Assembly: GCA_051453625.1 (NCBI GenBank)
Contig: JBOZIK010000001.1
Coordinates: 26,778,655 to 26,818,679, forward strand
Direction: 5' to 3'
Length of the DNA stretch: 40,025 nt
Source of the DNA: Welwitschia mirabilis
Lineage: Eukaryota
The position numbers and the translations under genes were made by a program. Every line of letters starts with the position of its first letter. Position 1 is the stretch's first letter. The notes beneath the pieces were generated by a model. It saw nothing but the letters and a program-made list of their open reading frames with translations. It was not told where the DNA came from and did no database searches. This document shows, one piece after another, positions 21,821 through 33,430 of the stretch.

Positions 21821-22915
21821 TGTTTTGTAACTAAGGTAAGTATGCTTAATTATTCTAGGAATTGATGTTGATGTTCTTGAAGAACACACATTTAAAACGT
21901 AAGACCCTGGAAGATTGTATGAGACAAAGCATGTCATTGGTTGACTAGTTCTCAGTGAGTAAAGATGGATTAGTTATCCACATCAATACAAAAATTCAGT
22001 GATAATTTGCCTACTATGCTTATGAAAATCTCACCAAAGAGGATAATGTTGCATTTAAAAGGGGAGAAAATATTTGTATGACATACAAATAATGGAATTA
22101 TTATCTTTGTTATTTAATGTCTGGTGGTAGGGCCTTGTCTTTGGAATGTTATTATTTCATTAGCTTCTTTGGTTTGTTAGGAGGTCAACCCTCAAGAGCA
22201 GACACTACGTTTCTTTGGAAGCATCATATTGCTAGGAGAATATTATTTGACAAATTGATCAATTTAAAGAAAGGCTATAGATTACTATGAAGGCTTTCTC
22301 AAGTGAGGTGTAACAATAAAACTTTACTAAATTATCTAATTGGAAGGTTGGCCATGGGTTACTTTCATTGCTTACACCTCAATGCTTTATCTTAAAATTA
22401 TCTTTTTTTGCCTATTTGATTAAAGCTCCTTTCAAAACAGCCTTGTAAAGTTCAATGGATAAGATTAGGATGAATGCTTCTTCTAGGCACCTTGATGTAT
22501 AGTAAGTGATAATGTCAAATTCTTCATGCAAGGAGGGTGTTGTGATGCTCAATGATACTATAAAACTAAGGGCTTGTTCGTGAAATATAACGTCTTCTAT
22601 TAAGTGTTCTTTATTTAGGTGAGTGTGTAATTACATTTTCACATTACTAGTAATTGTTCATAGTCCAACTAGTGAGAAAACTATCTTTCGTTTAAGAGGT
22701 TGTGGGTGTGAAACTTTAGATCTCTTGCTTGGCACACTGTGAAGCTTTAGTCACAAGGAATACATATCATTCCTCTAGCTCAAGTCATAACCCATAAGCA
22801 GGAAGGCAAACAACTCCAATCACAATTATACACTCACATAGAACCCCTAACCTTCTTTTATAGCATTAGGGTTTGATACAAAGCCCTAAACTAAGATGAA
22901 CCCCCCATACTCTAG

Positions 22916-22950
22916 CTTCTTCTTCTTCTTCTTCTTCTTCTTCTTTCTTC
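22916..22950. repeat. (CTT)n microsatellite
   Basis: About 10 CTT units. Confidence 0.9.
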
Positions 22951-23029
22951 CCCCATCCCTTTTATGTAATTTTTGCAATTCAAGGCCACTTTTAACATAA
23001 ATGGGGCAGTATAAGGTTTGGCTTTATTA

Positions 23030-24610
23030 TAACTAAAAGCTCCTCCATGCAATTCAAGATAAAGTTCCATTCAATTCTATTGTAAGTTTTGGCATAATCA
23101 ATTCTAATGAAGGTGATATCTTGATTAGTATCCTTTTCTCATGCCAAATTTTTCGAAGTAGATACAACATTATTAAGAACATATCAAGCTTTAACAAAAC
23201 CACTCTTCTCAATACAAATGATACTCAGTAGGATAGTCCTCAACTTGTTATATTTAGTTAAAGTTTTCTAAGAGACATTGAGTAGACTACCCAATGTCTA
23301 ATTGAATTGGAATGCAAATCACTTGATTTTAGCAAAAGATAGATAACACCTTGATTAAGCTTGGGACCTAAGTTGCCTTCATGCAAGGCTTTCTAAACTA
23401 CCCTAAAGCAGTCCTTTCTAATAAAATCTCAAAGATTTTCATAAAATTCTATGGAAAAACTATCCATTCTTAGAGTCTTACCATTAGCCATGTCAAAGAG
23501 TTTCTTTTAACTCATCTTTCTCTAAAATTTGATGATAGGAGTTCTAAAACTTTTTGGGGAATGAAGTTAGTATTTCAATGAAAGATATGTTGATGAAAAC
23601 CATGCAGTTTGAAGAACTTAGTAAAATTTATAGCTTAACAACTAAGAGGGTTGAGGATCAAAGTGTAAATTGCCATTAAATTCAAGTCTATCTAATTGAG
23701 GAGAAACAGAGCTTCTCTTAACAAATTTGAAAAATTCTTTACAACTGGCATCATGAATGTTAAGCTAAGAAACTCTAGTTTTAATTGCAAAACTTTTAGC
23801 AAAATACATTTTCTAGAAATTTAAACAATTTTTATTTTTTGAAAACTACTTATGGAGGTGATGGTTAAAAGGATCTCATTATATAGTTGTAGAAAATGAT
23901 GACATATGCTATTGAATGTTCTTTTCCCGGTTTAGTAGCCATTTGTTTATTAACATTTCTAGAATAATTTTGCATATCATATATAGCATCATGGAATCCA
24001 TCTAGTATTACCACTTGGCTGAGGCTTTGTGCTCCATAACCTTTGCAAAATAGTTTTTTTTTTCATTTAGAATTATAATCATTTCCATGTGATCTAAAGA
24101 GAAAAGAATGGTATAGCCACATGCCTGAATTCAATCTACAAACAAATGTCAAATGATCTAATAATAAGTAATTCTTACAACCTCTAATAAAAGCATTTTG
24201 ATTCTAGAAAGAGATAAAAGAAAAATAAAATCTATCAAAGGCATTGAAGAATAATGCATAGGCAACTATATTAATAAGAAAAATATATAAAATTCCTATT
24301 TTGATGCCTTTCATGATGATCTCTTCTTTATGAGTAAGAGTACAATCACCTAGTCTAAATATAATATGAATTCCTCCATTTGATGAATCACTAATACATA
24401 ATAAAATTTTTCTCAAGTTAATGCATGATTAATTAAAGCTAAGTTTTTGTAATTTGGCCTTAGTAACCTTCGTAAATATGGTCTGTTAAAGTTTGTTATA
24501 TTTGTGTCAATGCTAATGCATAATAGTAGAAGCTTGGAGGAAGGAATTCTATAATTGGCATAGGGCCTTTGCAAGATATCTTTTCAACATTGAATGTAGT
24601 TATTTCTTTT
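23030..24610 (-). mobile_element. Decayed L1-clade LINE ORF2 (endonuclease plus N-half of RT), 3' truncated
   Basis: ITTFNV, FSLDH, MANGKTLRMDSFSIEFY, LNQGVIYLL, EKSGFVK..YVLNNV, IRIDYAKTYNRIEWNFI on the - strand. Confidence 0.8.
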
Positions 24611-25199
24611 GAATTTAGCGAATTAGATAATGGAATAAAAAAAGGTTTCATTTTTTAAAATTCTTGTATTGGTTTCTTAAAATTTCCTTAAACATTTAGA
24701 TCTATTCAAAGACTTATCCAAGTATTTGATTCTAAGATCCAAATTTTTTACCATTTTAAAAATGGTTGGATTTTATTACATCTAAGTAGAATGCAATTGT
24801 TTTGTGTATAAATTTGATAAGAATAGATGTTATCCATTTTGGAAATTCTACCCATCAAAGTCAAATATACTAAACTTCAGTTTTTTATTCATTTCATCAT
24901 TAATTTAAACACTATTATAGAATCTAGATGTAGATTTGTAGGATTTCAAGATTGTTTCTTGAATAGTTCTTTCACTTGATTACTTTTTATGGATGGATCA
25001 TAATTCTTTTTTGGTTAGATCTTGTTTAAGGTTTGCATATTGAAAAATATGACAGTTTCTTATCGCAAAATAGTTTATGTTTAAATTTCTTCAATAGATG
25101 TTCAAAGTATTCTTTTTTTTTAGTAAAGTATTCATCCATGTCATTAATATAGAAAATTCATCTTTCATGCTGTAGATAAACTCAAAGCCAAATATTTAC

Positions 25200-28100
25200 T
25201 TCAAAAAGATTATCTATTCCTAAACAAAAATGATTCTAAAATAAAAGATTATGAAGAAATATAGTTGTACTAATATATTGATTAACAAGGAAGCTAATGA
25301 TATAAAAGATTAAGATATTTCTTTTGATTAAAAATTTATAATACAATTTAAAACTTCATTTATTATTTAGGAAAAAATCTAAAGTACTTTTGGATCTCCA
25401 TAAAATGATTTTTGAAAAAAGTGTATCTCTTAAAGAGGTTAAACCAAGTGAAGAGAAATATTCATAAGAAGGGAATAAGGATAAATTAGTTACATATGAT
25501 AATGAATATTTAATATATTTGCACCTTCAAATAGAAAAAACCAATTAAATATATTTTCAACCAAATGATAGATGTAGAAATAAAAAAATTTACATGGAGA
25601 CAATGATGCACTTGCTTATGGTAATGGATTTTAGTAAAATTCTCTTATTAAATTATCCTTCTTTTACTTCCTTGACCTCTCTTGTTAAGAAATAAGCAAA
25701 TGTAGGGTCTTCAAGCAAGAAAAGTCAACCAATAAAATCTATTGATCTCTTTCTAAAGATCTATTATGTAAATATAGAATTAGAAAAAGAATTATAAGAA
25801 ATGATGATTATGCTATGATTGAAAGAGGTAAAAATGAGGAAAACAAAAATGAGCATGGAGGGAATAATTCTGTCATGCCATAATGAAAATATTTAGTTGA
25901 ACCTTAAGAGTTTATAATGACCCATTAATAATTGACACCCTTAAAATGTGATGTTAGAACGTGAAATCTAATGCTTTATTCATTTTTAAAACCAAATGCT
26001 CAAATTCAACTAGTGATAGAATTGTTTGTAAAAATTATTCTAGTATCTTTTTAATTTTTAAAATAAGTTCAAAAATCAAGTGATATTTGGTTATTATGGC
26101 TTCCTTTTCAGAATGTAAAAGATCTTTACAATAATCAATTCCTTGTTAGTTACAAATTTCATATAGGAAATTCTTTGTTAATTTTAATTACTGTCTATTA
26201 TCCATAATTATCATATTGTGGAAAAAATGAAATAATTTTGAAATTGATTGTATTAAAATATTTGAATATTATTTAAACCTATTTTGGTTGGTGATGATTT
26301 CAATTCTATTATTCATGAATATAAAAAAATGAATGGGAATTTTTAGTTTTAAAAAAACCAAAATTTTCAAAAAAGCTATAGACGATTGTAGTTGGATGGA
26401 AATTTAAATTGAAAATTATAATTATAATTATAATTAGAGTAATACAAAATCTAAGTTAAATTTAGTTCTTAAAAAGTTGAATAGATTCCTTATAAATTAT
26501 TTTTGAATTTTGAGTTTTTAGAAATCTTAAAGTCAAACTAATACTCCTCTTGGGTTAGATTATTAATTGATTCTTCTTCAAATTCGTATTACTCAAAATA
26601 AATGTTAATTTGTTTTTTTTGATGAACTAGTTGGTTTCAATATCTTTATTTGAAAGAAGAAACTAAGAATGGTGGAAGAGTAAAGGTAAGGGCTCCAAGG
26701 AATTCCAACCATAATAGAAGTTAATATTAAGGGATACATAAAATCTTGGTACAACTTTTATATCTTAAATCGCAAAAATAAAGAGAATGATTTAATTCAT
26801 CAAATTTAGTAGTTTGTATAAGAAAGTTAAAAAAACATATTGATAAAAAGTTTAGGGAATAAAGAAAAATAATTATGCTGAGATCTTTACTTTTCCAAAA
26901 TGGAAGAGGTCTTACTAGTCCCAAAGGAAAAAAACACTGAGTGGATTAAAGAAGGTGATGCAAATTATAGACGTTTTGGATAAAATGAGAAAATATATTA
27001 TAAAATATTACAAGAATTTTAGAAAATTCCAAATGAATAAATATGGACAACATTAATAATGTGATTTCTCTTATCAATATACCTTTGAATGATGCCAAAT
27101 TGTGATTTCTTAAGAAAGAACCTACTATGAAAGAAATAAAGAAAGTTTTTTTTTTGTAAAAATGAAAACGAATAAGTCTTTAGGTATAGGTAGTCATTTT
27201 GCTTTTTTCCCCAAAAATTATTTCTAATGAAGCCTGATAGTATTATATCCTATTATTTAGAAAATAATGTTAAAAGTTCTTACAAAAAGATTGAAAATTA
27301 TTGTTCTAATTTTGATTTCATATTCATAAGGAGGACCTATGAAAGAAAGGCATATTTGAAATCACATAAGTTTGATTCACAAGATTTTTCACTGTACTAG
27401 TAGGGGAANNNNNNNNNNNNNNNNNNNNNNNNNNNNNNNNNNNNNNNNNNNNNNNNNNNNNNNNNNNNNNNNNNNNNNNNNNNNNNNNNNNNNNNNNNNN
27501 NNNNNNNNGACCTCTGAAAGAAAGGCATATTTGAAATCACCTAAGTTTGATTCACAAGATTTGTCACTGTACTAGTAGGGGAAAAACAAACTAATGAGGG
27601 ATTCATATTGGATATGAGAAAATCATATCACCATCTTTGTTTGGGTTTGTTACTGTAGGTAGGTTATGGGGAAAGTGAGTACTACATGACTACCCTACAT
27701 CACTCTTATGAACACAGTCATTCCTCGACCATAAAATGAATTGGTATTTTCTTGAGGCAGTAATTAAAAGACTTATGTTTTTGAATGATACTAAAAATTA
27801 TTAAAATTGTGTTATACTTCTTCATACCTTTCTACTAGAGTAAATGTCATATGCATGGGTTTTTAATTGTAAATATGATATTGCTCAAGGTAATGTTTTT
27901 TCACCTTTTCTTTTTCTTTTTGTTTCTAAATTTTTAGGATTATTCATTAATAAGGTCAAACAACTAACTCTTTGACATGTGTTAAAGTTGCACAAGATAT
28001 TTCTACTTTATTTCCTATTAAATACATAGATGATACTTTTATATTTTATATAAGGAAAATAGTGAACTTCAAAAGTATTTAAGATATTTTAAAAATCTTT

Positions 28101-29625
28101 TCTAAAACTTCTAGTTTAATCATTAATCTTCAAAAATCCATGGCATATACTTTTGACATGGATCCAAGATATATTAATAAAATTTTAAGAATTATGATTG
28201 TGGAACTAGTAGGAAGAGTGAAGTAAAAATTATTGAGTAATGTTTCAATAAGATGGAAAAAAAATTAGTACGATTAAAAGGTAACTTTCTCTTTACCAAG
28301 AAGAGCTTAATTCATTTCAAACTATCTTCAATCCTTATCAATTTAGTTAATGTCTTATTTTTGGACTCTAAAAGAAGTTTTCAAGCACATGAAAAGGATG
28401 GAAAGAAATTTTCCATGGAAAATAACTAATGGTAAATTGTATATTCATTAAAAAATTTGAATTATTCATGCAAAATGTGGGATTAATATGGTTTTGGTTT
28501 AAAAAGATGTCATAACTTAAATATTTTTTTTGTTAGCTCAAATAGTTCAATGGTTACATGTGAAGAATTAAAAAACGTTTTAAGTGAGACATGGTTAATA
28601 TTTAAATCAATTTAATTATTTTCTTAAAGGTGTACATATTATTGAAAGATTACAATTTAGAATGATTTTGAAAATTTAAATATGGATTAATGATTTATAT
28701 GCTTTTAAATATTTAGAGTAATTAGAAATAGAAAATCAAAGATAATTTCAATCTCAAAAAGCTTGTAACACTCTTTAAAGCTATCTTATAAATAGAAAAG
28801 AAATTAGATGGAAAATAAATTGGAATTATCCCAAAGTTATAGCTTTTTCTCCCTCTAGAATGATTATATTAATTCTCTTTTTTATAGACTTTTTAGAAAT
28901 GTTGTTAAGCATTTACAAGTTGTTGCTAATTTTTCAAAAATGAATAAGAAACCTTTAGACACTTTGTTCTTCATTGTATGTCAATAAGAATAGTTTGAAA
29001 TTTTAATTTTTTAAATAAAAAAGAAATAGATGATTCTTTCAAATTGTGTTAAACTCTTAGTTAAATAATGCAATTACCCTAGAGGTGGAGGAAAGTTGAA
29101 TATTTCTTTTTGTCATTTGCTTCCTAATATATTATGATAGCTTTGAAAAGAGTATAATTTAAGATTATTTAAAGGAAGATAACCTCATATTTGATCTATT
29201 TCTAAGGTAATTATTAATGGATAAGAGGAAAGTCGAAAAATTTAAAAAGAAAATATAGTTTAAAATGTAATAGTATCATTTACATATTTTATGTTTTTTA
29301 GTCCCTTCATTATTAGCTGGTTGTTTAGGTAATAAAAAATTTAACATGGTAATATAATCTTACCTTTTTCTTTTCATCTAGTCCTTAGGGTCATAGATTT
29401 TTCAGGATGGAACATTTTACTTTCTAAAACTGCTTAGGTAGAAAGTAGTTTTTTGAGAGTTAAGGAAAGAAATTGAACGAAAGATTGTTTTGCATAGAAT
29501 ACAACTTTTATTTGTAAAAACAAGACTCCTATTATTAGTAGTGTACCAATGATCATAGAACTAAATTTTAATTTCTTATTCTTCTTTTTTCATCAAAAAA
29601 GAAAATAATAATAATAATAAAAAGA
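25200..29625 (+). mobile_element. Highly decayed L1 LINE (ORF2 from ATG 25883); 5' limit approximate
   Basis: MKIFS*.LR (25883), ILVGDDFNS, KKLNRFL, WIKEGDANY, LDMRKSY, IAQGNVFSPFLF, KYIDDT in order; A-rich and (AAT)n tail at about 29595-29625. Confidence 0.8.
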
Positions 29626-31902
29626 ATAACAAGAAGAATAAATTAGTAAAGTAACTAGTTTAAGGTTACAAATATCATGTTTTGTAATCATTTTCACTAA
29701 TTAAGTCTTCATATTAATTACTATTGAATCATTATTATGAATGACTAATAGCGAATATTTATTATTAAACTAAGTAATATAGGACTTAACTCAAAACTCT
29801 AGTATGCTAATAGGCCAATGCCATCATCCAAACCCATGAAACCATTGTACTTTTAGAAAATAGTGGAAACCATAAACATGATCATAAAGATTGTCTACTA
29901 ATTAAAAAATTTTGATTAAAAAATATTTAAGAGAATGAAATATTATAAAACTTGTAAATAAATAATAAGGATAAAATTGACTAATCTTGATTTTTGTCAT
30001 GCTAAATGTATTTAAAATATTAAAGAAGTTAATTTGATGTAAAATCCTAGCCTTACTCTTATCTAAAGAATACTTATTCTTAGAGTNNNNNNNNNNNNNN
30101 NNNNNNNNNNNNNNNNNNNNNNNNNNNNNNNNNNNNNNNNNNNNNNNNNNNNNNNNNNNNNNNNNNNNNNNNNNNNNNNNNNNNNNNNNNNNNNNNNNNN
30201 NNNNNNNNNNNNNNNNNNNNNNNNNNNNNNNNNNNNNNNNNNNNNNNNNNNNNNNNNNNNNNNNNNNNNNNNNNNNNNNNNNNNNNNNNNNNNNNNNNNN
30301 NNNNNNNNNNNNNNNNNNNNNNNNNNNNNNNNNNNNNNNNNNNNNNNNNNNNNNNNNNNNNNNNNNNNNNNNNNNNNNNNNNNNNNNNNNNNNNNNNNNN
30401 NNNNNNNNNNNNNNNNNNNNNNNNNNNNNNNNNNNNNNNNNNNNNNNNNNNNNNNNNNNNNNNNNNNNNNNNNNNNNNNNNNNNNNNNNNNNNNNNNNNN
30501 NNNNNNNNNNNNNNNNNNNNNNNNNNNNNNNNNNNNNNNNNNNNNNNNNNNNNNNNNNNNNNNNNNNNNNNNNNNNNNNNNNNNNNNNNNNNAATACTTA
30601 TTCTTAGAGTTAAACATCTTTAATTACATTTTTTTTATTTATCATTGAATTTCATCATTACACTTATTATAATTCTAATTCCTCCATATCCCTTGATTCC
30701 ATTATAGCTTTTATAAGTAGCAAAAGGGATTATCTTATTGTGAGGTTTTAAATCCCTTTATTCTTTCCTGAGCATGCAGAAATGAATATTTCATAAGGAA
30801 AAACTCTTGCAAAGGATATGAGAAATTTTGTACTTGATTAGTAGTGATGCGATTTTACATTATTAGTTAATAAAATTTGATCTCTAATTGGTATTTCATT
30901 TTTTGGTCCAACATTGATATATTTAATAACTTGTAATGGAATAAAAATCTTAAATATTCTTTTGATTATAAATATTTGAGTATGGTTTATTTAACAATTG
31001 TTAGGTTTGTATATTAAGATGATTGATATGTGAGATCTATGAAATCTTGAATGTTTTTTCTTTACTACAAGTTTTTTTTCCCTCCCTTTTTTAACAACAT
31101 TTTAAATCTACAATAAATGATCGATTTATTACCCACAAAACCCTTGTTATTAATGTTGGGTTGATAAAATAACAACAATTCTTGTAATTTCTTTATTTAG
31201 GATTTGTTGGTTAGTTTTCCATTTTGACAACCTTTTCTAGTGCTTAGGAGGAGCACTATTCATCTATTGTTATGTCTCTGCCTTCAAAAACATTACATTT
31301 TAATTGTTTTCATTTTGAATAAATGATTAAAAATAGTGAACACTAGATCTTCCTTAGAATCCTTCTGTAAGAATGAAGACGAGGAATTCCTTATACTATA
31401 ACTAGTAGCCTAGATTTTCTCTTTTAAAAGACTACTATCCTTTACCTTGAAAGATATGGTATATTTTCACAAAAAGGAAACATATTCTATAGTAAAAACG
31501 TTTCAGGGCAATTTTTTGAATATCATTTATGAAGGTATAGAAATGATGACCATAAGAAAGTTTTCTAGTTTATTCATTTTGAAAATTAACTCTTAACTTT
31601 TTTAGTAACAGTATCTATTGAAAATTAATTATACTCATAAGACCACTCATTATGAGTAGCCATATATAATAATGCACTTGAGTTGATAATCCAAAAATTC
31701 CCATTAATGTCTTTTTTTTTTTGAAAAAAGGTATGTATATTAAACTAGGAAATTTACATCAAGGGTGAAAACGCCTGGGAATAATAGGTTATTAAACTGT
31801 TTATAAAAGGGGAGTACTCTAATAGCTGGTAAAGAGGGACTTGAGCAATAGGCCGAAATGGGGGTAAAACTGACCCTTGACGACATAGTCATGGAAATAT
31901 GC

Positions 31903-32592
31903 CTATCTAGTATAGTAAAACACATGTAGAAAATGAACCAAAAAAGAGCATAGAACTGTTGATAGATAGGGGTGAAAACGCTCCTTCAGACCAGAAGTTA
32001 TACAAAACTCAGTTTTAGAGGGGAATAGACCTGAAGGGGGAGGATTACAATCCTCTATAAAATGGAAACATGTTACCATGGTTATGTTCAAGGAGAAATC
32101 TTCCAAATAATCAAAGAGGACTTCAAATGCTTGATTTATCTCTTTAAATTCTTTAGCACCTACTGGATTTTTGTCTGGGTGTAGCTAAACATCTTTCTTC
32201 ATGTAGCTCGATTTTATGGCCTAGAGTAGGGCTCTGTGTGAGAGCCTCAGTGTGATAAAGGAATACCTCTTCAGCCCCTAAATGGTTGCCAGCAATACCT
32301 CCCATCTAGCTGTGTTCATATCGATGTCCTCTTAAGGTTGAGATCATATTTCCACTGACGAAGAATCAGAAGTGGAGTTCAGTGGAGAGCTAGGGCCCAA
32401 GGCTAGAGTAAGGGAGGGTTGAGCATGTTTACCTTGCTCCTGAGTGTTGGGTAATGATTGTTCTTGAGCCAGATCCTGGACTATGCTAGAAAAGTGTTCC
32501 TCAGTTATCTTTTGTTGGGCCGAGGATGAAGACGACTCCCTTAAATGACTTGGGGATGAAGGCACCCCTCTCTTGCTAGGGCTATCATGCAT
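31903..32592 (-). pseudogene. L1-borne ORF3: Ser/Pro/Gln-rich region plus DnaJ J-domain (32265-32110); five premature stops; 3' end uncertain
   Basis: One frame from ATG 32592: MHDSPSKRGVP...SSVEI*SQP*EDIDMNTARWEVLLATI*GLKRYSFITLRLSHRALL*AIKSSYMKKDV*LHPDKNPVGAKEFKEINQAFEVLFDYLEDF. HPD is at 32181-32173. Confidence 0.85.
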
Positions 32593-33430
32593 AGCAGTTT
32601 CCTCTGGAATAAGGTTTCTATTAGGAGAGGTTATTCTTGTAGAAGTTTTCTTAAGGGAAGTCTGATAAGGATGATGATGGGGTTTTGCAGGGAGAGGAGG
32701 GGCTTCTCTTGCCTTAACTTCTTGTGCTGGTCTTCAAAGAGCCAAGATTAATCCTAAGTTCCTTGAGGAATCCTTCTGTTTAAGAACTTGGATGAAAAAG
32801 AATGGCAGATTCATCTAACATCCAAGTTAAGAGCTTTAAGGAAAGAAAAATGNNNNNNNNNNNNNNNNNNNNNNNNNNNNNNNNNNNNNNNNNNNNNNNN
32901 NNNNNNNNNNNNNNNNNNNNNNNNNNNNNNNNNNNNNNNNNNNNNNNNNNNNAGCAGTGGAGTTCTGTGGAGAGCGAGGGCCTAAGGCTAGAGGAGGGGA
33001 GGGTTAAGCATGTTTACCTTGCACCTGAGTGTTGGGTAATGATTGTTCTTGAGCCAGATCCTGGACTGTGCTAGAAACGTATTCCTCAGTTATCTTTTAT
33101 TGGGCCGAGGGTGAAGACGACTCTCTTAAATAACTTGGGGATGAAGGCACCCCTTCTTGCTAGGGCTATCATGCATAGCAGTTTCCTCTGGAATAGGGTT
33201 TCTATTAGGAGAGGTTATTCTTGTAGAAGTTTTCTTAAGGGAAGTCTGGTAAGGACGATGACGGGGTTTTGGAGGGGGAGGAGGGACTTCTCTTACCTTA
33301 GCTTCTTATGCTGGTCTTCAAAGAGCTAAGATTAATCCTAAGTTCCTTGAGGAATCCTTCTGTTTAAGAACTTGGATGAAAAAAAATGGCAGATTCACCT
33401 AATATCNNNNNNNNNNAGAAAAATGAATAT
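32363..33430. repeat. Diverged duplicate (about 32363-32852 and 32953-33430) either side of a 100-N gap
   Basis: Same sequence order with scattered substitutions and small indels. Confidence 0.9.

Noticed and set aside
27334-27583. Near-identical 75-bp repeat either side of a 100-N gap
   Set aside because: Most simply an unmerged contig overlap or allelic duplicate.
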